A DNA stretch of 64,000 nucleotides from a virus: IMG/VR virus record IMGVR_UViG_3300020154_000115; one strand, 5' to 3'. Position numbers and translations under genes: made by a program. Shown one piece after another: positions 48,945 to 57,722 of this stretch. Numbering within the stretch: the first letter of the stretch is position 1; each line of letters begins with the position of its first letter. The notes under the pieces were generated by a model. That model was not told the origin of the DNA and did no database searches. It saw nothing but the letters and a program-made list of their open reading frames with translations.

Positions 48945-51196
48945 TGTTGTAAGGCTCTCTGGATTTCGTTAAAAAGATCGTAATCTAAATCGTCGGAATT
49001 GTCATCGGGGCCGTCATAAGACTCGACCAAACGGCTCTTTGTTCCGCTATTATCGAACATTGGCATGTAATTTTCAACCACATCCTTGATTATAGGGGTA
49101 TAATCGAGGTTTAGCCTATGCTTCAGCGCCATCAATGCATATCCGAATGATACTACTAAATCGCTTTTTGTTGGCGCATCAGGATCAAAGTCAAGCATCT
49201 GTTTAAGCAGTGCTTTATCCTTTATCCTACGGCCATGGACTTTCATGTAACGAATGATCTCCGCGACATAAGTTTCTATTATCTCACTGGTTGAATCAAC
49301 CGCGTTCTCCATACTCAACGCGTTTTTACTTTTTCCTGCAAACAGGACCTTCGGATCAAAGTCCTTCCTGGCTATTACAAATTTCCAGTATCCGCGATCG
49401 TATAAGTGCTTGGTGAAATCGGAAAGGTTATTCTCAGGCATTATTCTATGGCCAAAGAATCGCAGGGCTTTGATGATATTCTCATAATCATCAGTAGGAT
49501 CAATATGCCGTCCATGGTACTTCCACATCAAGCTATGCGAAAGCCACTCACTGATCGGCTTGCTGTTATCATCCAATGTTGAATCCAATTTCCAGAATCC
49601 GTGTGCGGCCATTTTCGAAGCGCGCTTGTCAACGGTCTTTCTCCACTTAATTGGATCGAGCCCACCGGTGAATAAATCATCATTACATGGTATCCACAGC
49701 TTCTTATCCTTCTCTGTTGATGACTGCGAGTACTCAAATCTGCAAGCGTTTAGAATTTGCCGATCACCTTGTTTTTTGTCAGGATAATGAAAAATTGTAA
49801 ACATGCCCGTTGGATCGTCAACGAAGGTTACATCAGAATCAAGTTGTCCTGATGGGTATTCAAGGTTTCCAATACGACCAACTACCTTTTGTGTTGCTAT
49901 ATCATTTAACGCTGCGTTAATGATAAGAACAGGGAACGGGCAGTCGGATTGATCTTTAGTGAAGGCATCTTCTTCGTTAAGCGGATCTTTACGCATCCTT
50001 GAAGTGAGCTCGATCGGATCATCGGATACCGCGGCTCTATCATTCATCACCTCCTCGTAAGCTTTTGCCTCATCGACATAGCCATACTTGTCGGCAAACT
50101 TCACTTTTGTTTCAAGTGCCGTAACAAGGAACTTGTAAATCTTGCTCTTCGTAAAACCATTTGAATCTCGCTCCTCCGGATTGGAGTCATCCCAGATAGA
50201 CTTCGCTTCAGCCCCACCCTCTTTCATGTCTTCAATCGTGGAGGTACACCGAATGATTCCACGCTTCACATCATTTCTGAATACTGAACGGATGTTGATA
50301 CCCAAACGCTTTTTTACATCAGCTTCTTCGCGTGGGTGAGTTTTTCCAATTTCATCTTGTATAAGGTCCGCAAGAGTTTTTCCGTCACAGGCCTTCTCTT
50401 TCGCAGGGTAATGCTTAACGGTATTCCCGAGCTCAAACAATGGCCCGTACCTCATTTTCTTTGAGCCCTTTCCCTTCTTTCTCTCACGCGAAAAGGTGAA
50501 CCCCTTAACCGGATTTGTTCCGTGGTTGTATTCTGGTTTGAAGAAGTGCGGAAGCTCGTTGAACATAGGCACCATCTTCTCAACAAAAATTACCGTCTCG
50601 GCATCATCCTTTGTCTTGGACTGGATCGCGGCATGTCGTTTATGTGGACCCTTGGTAATATTTTCAAGCTGGCTCCAGACTTCTTCTGTAGACTTTCCAA
50701 ACCCCCTGGGCCCGGCGATGAAATAACCAAGTGTAAACGGATCTTCAATACACAGCTGCCGGAAGTAGAAACGGTCCAGCTGAGACATATAAAAGGTTGG
50801 GTGGCCATCGTTATCAGGGGAGTCAATTTTACACCACTGGAGGTAGGTGTAATGCGTTCCTGTTAGATACACAGGAATACCTTTGTTCATGAACCAATGG
50901 CCATATAAACGTCGATGCCATTCCTGTCTGCGATAGCGCTCGCAACGTTCATCATAATGTCGAACGCGGTCCATCTCACCGTTATCAACGAGTTCCTGTT
51001 CCTGTTTCTGAATCAGCTCCTCTTCTTCACGACGTTCATTATACCAGGATGGCAATGGAGTATGTCGCCAATACTGATCTTCTTTCTTCTGTCCCCAACC
51101 CTGAATAAGGGATTTATCCTCCGGTACCGGAGGGATGTAGACTGTATATAAGCCTTTTATTAGGTATGATGTATAGCCTGGTTTTTTAAGGAACAT
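48941..51196 (-). CDS. Terminase large subunit
   Basis: 751 aa; YLTGTHY, Walker A-like PRGFGKS, Walker B DEIGK, nuclease GGLDP and KSDLVVSFG. Confidence 0.9.
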   Translation of the reverse strand: MFLKKPGYTSYLIKGLYTVYIPPVPEDKSLIQGWGQKKEDQYWRHTPLPSWYNERREEEELIQKQEQELVDNGEMDRVRHYDERCERYRRQEWHRRLYGHWFMNKGIPVYLTGTHYTYLQWCKIDSPDNDGHPTFYMSQLDRFYFRQLCIEDPFTLGYFIAGPRGFGKSTEEVWSQLENITKGPHKRHAAIQSKTKDDAETVIFVEKMVPMFNELPHFFKPEYNHGTNPVKGFTFSRERKKGKGSKKMRYGPLFELGNTVKHYPAKEKACDGKTLADLIQDEIGKTHPREEADVKKRLGINIRSVFRNDVKRGIIRCTSTIEDMKEGGAEAKSIWDDSNPEERDSNGFTKSKIYKFLVTALETKVKFADKYGYVDEAKAYEEVMNDRAAVSDDPIELTSRMRKDPLNEEDAFTKDQSDCPFPVLIINAALNDIATQKVVGRIGNLEYPSGQLDSDVTFVDDPTGMFTIFHYPDKKQGDRQILNACRFEYSQSSTEKDKKLWIPCNDDLFTGGLDPIKWRKTVDKRASKMAAHGFWKLDSTLDDNSKPISEWLSHSLMWKYHGRHIDPTDDYENIIKALRFFGHRIMPENNLSDFTKHLYDRGYWKFVIARKDFDPKVLFAGKSKNALSMENAVDSTSEIIETYVAEIIRYMKVHGRRIKDKALLKQMLDFDPDAPTKSDLVVSFGYALMALKHRLNLDYTPIIKDVVENYMPMFDNSGTKSRLVESYDGPDDNSDDLDYDLFNEIQRALQQ

Positions 51197-51950
51197 CCGT
51201 CACCTGCCTGATTTTAAAGAACTCTTCAGGTACATTCAATTCGATAAACACGTTCTCGGGTGAAACAGGAAATAATTCCTTCTCTGTCTCCTTTTTGAGA
51301 TCACTATGCTCAGCATAGAAACGTTTGAACAAACTCTCGAGCTCCTCGCGTTTTCTTTTCGCTTGCAGATCGTAGTTGTTCTTAATGGCAAACTGAAAAT
51401 CAGTTGCTCTAGTGAATTGAATGTTCTCGAGCTCCTCCTGCAGTTGGATGATTTCTCTCCAGATCAAATTCTTTTTTGCTTTCAGGAAATCAAGGATGTA
51501 GTGCACAGCCATCTTATCCTTCAAGTCGAAGATGTCCAGGATCCAATTTGGCCACTCATTACTCACCGACTCTCTTACCCATCCAGCTTCAGCTGCAGCA
51601 GCTTCTTTCCGGAGGCGTAGTTCGTCGGGGAATTCATTTACCAGATCAGATTCAGGATCGTAAGTGAGGACAACGTAAACGATGAATTTTACCAGGTCTG
51701 AAGGTTTGTTAAAGAAGTAGGATCCTGGCGTTCCTTCTTCTGTTTTACTTTTAGAAACTGGATTACCCTCATATTCCCTGATGTTGGTATTCTTCGTACC
51801 AGGTACTTTGATTGAGGGAACCTTCTCGGTTGTAACCGATTGGAAAAACCGCTTTAACCCCGGGAGGAATTGAAATAATTCCTCCGGAGTTTCAGCTTTT
51901 ATTTTATGAACTGGCCAAGGAAGCCTCGAATGTCTTTCGGCATTGATCAT
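51186..51950 (-). CDS. Putative terminase small subunit
   Basis: Immediately upstream of large subunit; YVVLTYDPES..RKEAAA helical pattern. Confidence 0.5.
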   Translation of the reverse strand: MINAERHSRLPWPVHKIKAETPEELFQFLPGLKRFFQSVTTEKVPSIKVPGTKNTNIREYEGNPVSKSKTEEGTPGSYFFNKPSDLVKFIVYVVLTYDPESDLVNEFPDELRLRKEAAAAEAGWVRESVSNEWPNWILDIFDLKDKMAVHYILDFLKAKKNLIWREIIQLQEELENIQFTRATDFQFAIKNNYDLQAKRKREELESLFKRFYAEHSDLKKETEKELFPVSPENVFIELNVPEEFFKIRQVTDVP

Positions 51951-52306
51951 AAGATATCGGTCGCGTCAGAAAATCTGATTTGGTGATACTTGTTATCCTT
52001 TTGTTCCAGATATTCCATAGGAACAGCTTGATTGCTGTAGTACTGGATGACCATGCCCAGCTTCAGGTCTTCGTATCCCTCAGGAACGAGCGTTCCAAGA
52101 GCTACGATTTCTCCCTTTGTAATGTTTTCCTTTTGCACGGGAGATCTCCACAAAAGGCCACCAGCGATCTTCTCATCAGGTGGAATATTCCTTACAATTA
52201 ACCTATCCGCCAATGGCTGGAGAGGCAGTGTCGTTTTTTGCGGATCTAGCTCTACCTGACTTAGGCTTGCTCTTAGCACTATCTGATCCTTCAACTGCAC
52301 CTTCAT
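51947..52306 (-). CDS. groES: GroES-like co-chaperonin
   Basis: LQPLADRLIVR..GGLL..KGEIVALG..LKLGMVI. Confidence 0.75.
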   Translation of the reverse strand: MKVQLKDQIVLRASLSQVELDPQKTTLPLQPLADRLIVRNIPPDEKIAGGLLWRSPVQKENITKGEIVALGTLVPEGYEDLKLGMVIQYYSNQAVPMEYLEQKDNKYHQIRFSDATDIL

Positions 52307-53147
52307 TTTTCATTTCCTCAACTTGTTTAGTTACTGATAAATCTTCTTCCGTAGGCTTGACATCAGCCTGCTTTTCAGCCTCTTTTTCAGGAGGAGCTTC
52401 AACAACATCAGTTACTGGAGATTGAGCCGGGAGCTGCGGTGATACGCCATCCTCCACAACTTGAAGTGTAATTTTTTCCGATGCATCACCAGTTGTCGCA
52501 GGAGGTACAACCGTTAAATTTTCTCCTGTTGATTCACCCGGAATCATACTCGCCAATTGTTCGCCTGAAGGATACAGAGTTTTTGGCACTGCTGGAGGCG
52601 TCAGGTCCAGTTCCCCTGATGGTTTACCTTTGCTCATACTGGCCAACAAATCTTCTAATGAGGATTCAGGCTCTTCTGGTACCAATGGTTCATTACGAAT
52701 AGCGTCAAGGATCAGACCTAACTCCATTTTTGCATTACAAGCATAAGTCCAGGCATTAACGACGCAATTCTGGTACTCTCTTAATGCAGGGAAGATCCTG
52801 GTATCATTATCAATCGCCTTGATAACCTTTTCGATTTCGAATCGGAAATATTTAGTTACGGCGATTTCGTTTTTTGCGTTCACATCCTTTGGAAGAAAGG
52901 CATGCAGATTTACATCCTGAGGATCCTCAATGATGTCATTTGAGTACTTAACACTATCCGGATAGGGGTTCTGTGCTCCTAAGGCTCCTTTTGCCTTGCC
53001 GAGCCACATGAAGGCGTACTTCAGTGTCTTTGAAACTTTCTGTACCCGTTTGAATTGGTACACATTCATGAGCAGAATTAATTTGTCAATCTGCTTACGC
53101 TCATCACTAAGCTGGAGGAGCGCTTCATTAATTGCGATGTTGTTCAT
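52203..53147 (-). CDS. Protein with two Acb2/Tad1-like helical hairpins and a low-complexity acidic tail
   Basis: RKQID..LKYAFMWLG..LGAQNPYPDS and RFEIE..ACNAKMELG; start MNNIA lies after a terminator. Confidence 0.5.
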   Translation of the reverse strand: MNNIAINEALLQLSDERKQIDKLILLMNVYQFKRVQKVSKTLKYAFMWLGKAKGALGAQNPYPDSVKYSNDIIEDPQDVNLHAFLPKDVNAKNEIAVTKYFRFEIEKVIKAIDNDTRIFPALREYQNCVVNAWTYACNAKMELGLILDAIRNEPLVPEEPESSLEDLLASMSKGKPSGELDLTPPAVPKTLYPSGEQLASMIPGESTGENLTVVPPATTGDASEKITLQVVEDGVSPQLPAQSPVTDVVEAPPEKEAEKQADVKPTEEDLSVTKQVEEMKNEGAVEGSDSAKSKPKSGRARSAKNDTASPAIGG

Positions 53148-53181
53148 ACTTAAAAATTGATTGGAAAATTCGGGATGGCAG

Positions 53182-53214
53182 AAAAAAATCCCGAACTTTT
53201 TAAGCTCGGGATTT
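53182..53214 (-). terminator. Intrinsic terminator
   Basis: AAATCCCGA/TCGGGATTT stem with T7 tail on the minus strand. Confidence 0.7.
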
Positions 53215-53234
53215 CGGTCCAACAATCTCTGCTC

Positions 53235-53630
53235 TTATGTAAGAAGAATGGATTGATGGACAATATTACTTCTTAAAATATCAGGAAAGTACGTACGCTT
53301 GCTTATATAGTTTGATCGCCAGCGTAAATCCAAATTTCGATAAGTAACCTTGACTGAATACTGCCCCGATCGCAATGCTTCGGCATCACTTAATCCAAAG
53401 ACTTCTTTCTCAGTTGAGGATTCGGGCAAGTCAGAACTTCGAATAATTTCGACAGGTTCACTTGTGGAAACATTCGTAAAAACATCAAATTGAACATCCT
53501 GATCGATGGAAAGGCACACGGTTTCACGTGGAACATTTTCCCCACCGAGTCCAGAACATTCCACAGTGGCAAGCAGGCCGATTGCTACAAACAGCGCCGC
53601 CGCAAGGAGGAAGGATTGAACTTTTTTCAT
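53235..53630 (-). CDS. Secreted/membrane-anchored hypothetical protein
   Basis: MKKVQSFLLAAALFVAIGLLATVEC signal-peptide-like N-terminus. Confidence 0.55.
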   Translation of the reverse strand: MKKVQSFLLAAALFVAIGLLATVECSGLGGENVPRETVCLSIDQDVQFDVFTNVSTSEPVEIIRSSDLPESSTEKEVFGLSDAEALRSGQYSVKVTYRNLDLRWRSNYISKRTYFPDILRSNIVHQSILLT

Positions 53631-53684
53631 TAAAAAGAAAGATTTGTTGATAAATACGACAGCTAATGTCGGGAATTTTCCCAA

Positions 53685-53882
53685 TTATTCATGCTTTGCG
53701 GCTTTTAATGTTGCGTGCCGGTACGCATGAAGGATATCCTTCGCGTTTTGGATCTTTACGCGTAGCCGAACACCAGCAGCTTTTACACCCTTTTCGAATA
53801 CTTTCGAATTATCGTCGCGGCATTCCTCCAGCAAGGTTTGTAATTCCGCTAAAAAATCTCGTGTTGTTTTGTCGTTGCTCAT
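53685..53882 (-). CDS. Histone H1-like (Hc1-family) nucleoid protein
   Basis: KVFEKGVKAAGVRLRVKIQNAK matches the KG.KAAG.R.R signature. Confidence 0.75.
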   Translation of the reverse strand: MSNDKTTRDFLAELQTLLEECRDDNSKVFEKGVKAAGVRLRVKIQNAKDILHAYRHATLKAAKHE

Positions 53883-53887
53883 AGTTT

Positions 53888-54802
53888 TTACATTGCTTTT
53901 TTGTAGGGGATATATCCAGTCACATTGTACTGAAGCATGCGGTGATACTCTACTCCTTCAAACTCAATCGATGTATCAGTGTTCGGTCTGTACATGACAT
54001 ACATTCCGTCAGATAGTTCACACTTACATCCCTTTAAAGGCGAGCCAATAAATCTTACCCATCCCATGAGATAGCGGTAATCCGGAGCAACCTTGGTTAC
54101 AAGCCATTGTTCTTTTGGCTTCATCCGGGGAGTGCCATCTGAATTAACTAACTGAACACCATTGAGTGTTTCAGGGATCGGAATAGAAATGTCGTCCCAG
54201 GTTTCTTTGTCTGGTTCAACGAATACCCATGAGCCTATCATTACCACTTTCTTCCGATAGTGCGAACAGGAATCAAGTTCATACAGCGCTTCACCTGCAA
54301 GTTGAACAGGCTTCAATGAAGACTCCATCCACCATTTAAAAGGCTTTGCGGCCTGATTGATCCGTTCGTATCTGACCGCCGCATAGATGGAGCTGTATTT
54401 AATCCGGAAGTATTGATACTCCACGAGCTTACCGTTCTCCTCTTCCTTCACGGAACAAATCCAATCACTGTTGTATAAAGTTGTATGCAGGTCCGGAAGA
54501 ATACAGTTGTAATTGAAGTAGACTTTATCACCTACCTCAATTTCCATCTGGATATCAGCCACACTCATGTAATCGAATTTCGGACTATCATGATAAGCGG
54601 GAATGCCATAAGCTTTCCAGATCAAGGGCACGCGTGAGAGAATACGCGGAGTCGATACAACCCATCCAGAACAATTGGTGTACTTATTAGGATCGAACGT
54701 AACATCCATCAGGATTTTCATACCATTCACGCCGGTGAAATTGGTCTCATCTTTAAAAATTTTATTGACTTTAACGATACAGTAATCTCTCAGTATTTGC
54801 AT
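53888..54802 (-). CDS. Double GroES-like domain protein
   Basis: LRDYCIVK..GWVVSTP..IEVGDKVYFNY and IGSWVFVEP..GWVRFIG..LSDGMYVMY..FEGVEYHRM; start MQILR. Confidence 0.65.
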   Translation of the reverse strand: MQILRDYCIVKVNKIFKDETNFTGVNGMKILMDVTFDPNKYTNCSGWVVSTPRILSRVPLIWKAYGIPAYHDSPKFDYMSVADIQMEIEVGDKVYFNYNCILPDLHTTLYNSDWICSVKEEENGKLVEYQYFRIKYSSIYAAVRYERINQAAKPFKWWMESSLKPVQLAGEALYELDSCSHYRKKVVMIGSWVFVEPDKETWDDISIPIPETLNGVQLVNSDGTPRMKPKEQWLVTKVAPDYRYLMGWVRFIGSPLKGCKCELSDGMYVMYRPNTDTSIEFEGVEYHRMLQYNVTGYIPYKKAM

Positions 54803-54805
54803 GGC

Positions 54806-54930
54806 TGTAGGATATTTTCGACATAAAAGTAAAGATATTTTTAAAAAATCCGGCATTAGGCTTGGAAAATTACTATACGTGCGCCTATTTCGCGTAAGCA
54901 ATCAGCGGAAATTGTAGTAAATATTCGACA
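54806..54930. promoter_or_regulatory. Divergent promoter region with two operator-like sites
   Basis: TGTAGGA-TATT-TTCGACA (54806-54823), TGTAGTA-AATA-TTCGACA (54913-54930). Confidence 0.65.
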
Positions 54931-54953
54931 CCTAAATTTTGAGGATATGAGAA

Positions 54954-55172
54954 ATGCTTGAAGTAATTAAGGCCTGGTGGAAAGAAAGTAATCTTACCTT
55001 ATTCACCATTGTCTGGACGTTAATGTTCATTGGCTTTGTGATTTTTGACCGGATGTTTTTCGGTTACTTCAAACCAGAAGTCTTCTGGTTTTTCGGAGGC
55101 GGGTATACAATTGCTTACGGCGCTTCAATAATTAGTTACATCATTGAAAACAGAGGAGGGCGAAGATCATGA
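54954..55172 (+). CDS. Small membrane protein
   Basis: Two hydrophobic segments. Confidence 0.6.
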   Translation: MLEVIKAWWKESNLTLFTIVWTLMFIGFVIFDRMFFGYFKPEVFWFFGGGYTIAYGASIISYIIENRGGRRS

Positions 55173-55609
55173 TCGGCGTTCTATTTCTGTTACTCGCAAT
55201 ATTTTTCTATGCTGTTATATCAGTATTGAAATTCCGATACGAACAATCGGTATTCACCAAATGGCCTAAACTCTTCGGGCCAGATTCCTGGGAGAATAAA
55301 TACAAAAAGTTCCAGAGAGTAAACTACCTGGTAGCGGCTCCAGATAATTGGTATTACAGATTGCTTAATCTTAAATACAGGGAACGTTTTCCCGGCAGCG
55401 CTTCAGTTTTTGTCTGGCTTACCGACGGGTTCCACTTCGTTCAAATGCTCTTTACTTTTTCTGTGGCCATCACCCTGGGTACCTGGGAATGGAATGCAGA
55501 ATCTTTAAAGGAGCTCATCTGGATTGTTATCGTTATAAAACTGCTATGGACACTCATTCATGAGTTCTGTTTCAGTTTTCTATTCATAAAAAAAGTAAAG
55601 GGGAAATAG
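55169..55609 (+). CDS. Conserved phage membrane protein
   Basis: SWENKYK..ERFPGSASVFVWLTDGFH, three TM segments. Confidence 0.7.
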   Translation: MIGVLFLLLAIFFYAVISVLKFRYEQSVFTKWPKLFGPDSWENKYKKFQRVNYLVAAPDNWYYRLLNLKYRERFPGSASVFVWLTDGFHFVQMLFTFSVAITLGTWEWNAESLKELIWIVIVIKLLWTLIHEFCFSFLFIKKVKGK

Positions 55610-55822
55610 GGGTAGTATAAGACTCATCCCGGTCTGGAGGAGAGTATGTATTCATGCTTTTAGAAATCTTACCGTCCCCAACTGTCGCGTACAGGACTAT
55701 TACGTGGATTCTATTGCATAAACCTTTACCCCTGCATAAGCGGTGTCAACGGGAGGAATGAATACAATGACTGACTTAGTGCTCGATTCAAAGTAAACGG
55801 GCAAATTTTTAACCTAACACTT

Positions 55823-56404
55823 ATGACCGAAAGAGACATATCACTCCTCAAATCCAGACACGATGGGTTTCAGAAGATCATAAAAGATAACCTCCGCTTG
55901 CCAAAAGATCAACGTGATTACAAAGCAATGGAGGAAGCAAAAAAACGCTCTGCGGTACTTTCGGCATGGATGAAAGGTGAAGATCCGTTTGCCGTTCCTG
56001 AAGCTCCGGTAAAAATCGAATTCAAGGCCAAGCCAAATACCTACGAGAGCATCATGGTTCTGGATACAGTTGAGGAGTTGGAGAAGGCCTGGCCAAACCT
56101 CTGGAAAAAAAACATTGGTGTGCAGGGTCCTGATGTTGTGTTACAACGGCTTCGCGAGATGGTAACCATGTATCGCAACCGCGAAAAGATAATGCTGAAG
56201 CATAACAACAATCCTACCCATTACTTCTGCGGTGTTGATGAATTTGGTATCACTTGGAATAAGGTGTACTGGCATTTCATCATGCGAAATACCCAACGAA
56301 TCAAAGAGGTTATTGAATTACGACTTGGGGTTTCACTGAAGTCCTGGAAATCATTTGAGTTAACCAAGACACATCACAGTGTCGCTGGAAGACGGTTAAA
56401 ATAA
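55823..56404 (+). CDS. Hypothetical phage protein
   Basis: 193-aa ORF preceded by an AT-rich RBS-like region. Confidence 0.65.
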   Translation: MTERDISLLKSRHDGFQKIIKDNLRLPKDQRDYKAMEEAKKRSAVLSAWMKGEDPFAVPEAPVKIEFKAKPNTYESIMVLDTVEELEKAWPNLWKKNIGVQGPDVVLQRLREMVTMYRNREKIMLKHNNNPTHYFCGVDEFGITWNKVYWHFIMRNTQRIKEVIELRLGVSLKSWKSFELTKTHHSVAGRRLK

Positions 56405-56415
56405 ACAATTCTGCA

Positions 56416-56628
56416 ATGACTAAGAGAAAAATCGGATTTGCGACACTTACTCCTGAGCAGCTGCGCGAACGTGCAAGCCTGGGAGGCCAAGCTGTAAGCC
56501 AGGATCGATCACACATGGCTGAAATCGGTCGCAAGGGCGGCTTAAAAACAGCTTCAAATAAAGCTCACATGTCTGAGATCGGCCGTAAGGGCGGCAAGAA
56601 CAGACATAAAAGCAAAACCCCAGGTTAA
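56416..56628 (+). CDS. KGG-repeat general stress protein (YciG/GsiB/Con-10-like)
   Basis: GFA.L..EQLRERAS.GG plus two MAEIGRKGG/MSEIGRKGG repeats. Confidence 0.88.
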   Translation: MTKRKIGFATLTPEQLRERASLGGQAVSQDRSHMAEIGRKGGLKTASNKAHMSEIGRKGGKNRHKSKTPG

Positions 56629-56816
56629 GGGGACCTGGGGCATGCAAAGCAAAACTCGTAGCGCACAATGGGAACAACGGTGGCAAAATTAGAAAAATCA
56701 TGCCACACTATAAACCCGCCCACTATGCTCTTTTACTGAGTTTTTAGCTATTCCCAACTGTGTAAAATATCCACACAACCCCTAAATGTGGACGAAAATA
56801 ACCAACTATCTATTTT

Positions 56817-57041
56817 ATGAATAGAAAAAAGCTATTAATCAGTGTTCCGGTATTCTATGCCGTAATGGCGTCAATCTTCGTGCCTATCATCTACTGCCTT
56901 TCGGTGCCTAATCCACTGGATACTTTTCTGTCCTGGTATAACAGCCTGACTATTACCGGACGCATTTTCCTGTACGCGGCAGGTCTGATCATAATTAAGT
57001 CCTGGCAACTATTCATCAAATTCTGGAATGCCCATGAATAG
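56817..57041 (+). CDS. Small membrane protein
   Basis: Two hydrophobic segments. Confidence 0.55.
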   Translation: MNRKKLLISVPVFYAVMASIFVPIIYCLSVPNPLDTFLSWYNSLTITGRIFLYAAGLIIIKSWQLFIKFWNAHE

Positions 57042-57393
57042 AGTGTTTGCCATTATCTCAAGGCTTTCCATTGAAGCTTTTGGAACTGAGTTCATGATTC
57101 GGGTAGATCGTGACAATAAAGATCCTATAAACGGAAGGGTATTCCTCCAGGTCAAGTACCAGGCTCCGTGCACAAAGACCGGACATACCCAGGAATGGAG
57201 TGGCCGGAAGTGGTATCTGTCTGAGCACATGACGGATGATGAAGTCGTCAAGACTGCATACTCCGCGTTCAGAGCAGCTGTGGAGCACGAGGTAATGGAA
57301 GGATTCAAGGTAGACGGAATCATCCTGTTCAATCCTCATGTCAATTTCGAGGAGCTGCTAAAGGTTTCACATAACGAAGTTAAAAGAGCATGA
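57034..57393 (+). CDS. Conserved phage protein of unknown function
   Basis: WSGRKWYLSEHMTDDEVVKTA..EHEVMEGF..LFNPH. Confidence 0.75.
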   Translation: MNRVFAIISRLSIEAFGTEFMIRVDRDNKDPINGRVFLQVKYQAPCTKTGHTQEWSGRKWYLSEHMTDDEVVKTAYSAFRAAVEHEVMEGFKVDGIILFNPHVNFEELLKVSHNEVKRA

Positions 57394-57722
57394 GCAAACC
57401 TTCTATTCACCAAATCGAAATTATGTCTCATGGATTCCAGCTTGTCAGATTGACCGGTGATGGAAATGGAGGAGTATGGAGCATGGAGTTCCGCCGTCCA
57501 ACCAGTATGGGTTTTGATGTTCGACTGAAATGGTCTGCAGATACGCAGCGGTATACGATATCCCGGGACATTCCGACTGAAAGGGACAAAGTATTATTTG
57601 AAGGGTTCCTGTACATCGATAAGGATCTGCAATACATTCTCAGCCTGCTTGACCTCTCGAAGAATTACAACTATGCATCGGTAATTCAAAAACGAAAACT
57701 GGATGAGAATGGAAATAATTGA
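57390..57722 (+). CDS. Hypothetical phage protein
   Basis: ATGA coupling. Confidence 0.6.
   Translation: MSKPSIHQIEIMSHGFQLVRLTGDGNGGVWSMEFRRPTSMGFDVRLKWSADTQRYTISRDIPTERDKVLFEGFLYIDKDLQYILSLLDLSKNYNYASVIQKRKLDENGNN

Noticed and set aside
12962-54802. Genome-wide stop-codon reassignment as in some crAss-like phages
   Set aside because: All structural genes are long and intact under the standard code, and TAG is used as a real stop before non-coding DNA (e.g. 39499).
56759-56777. TGTGTAAAATATCCACACA palindrome as another operator site
   Set aside because: The half-sites and length do not fit TGTMGAA-N4-TTCKACA.
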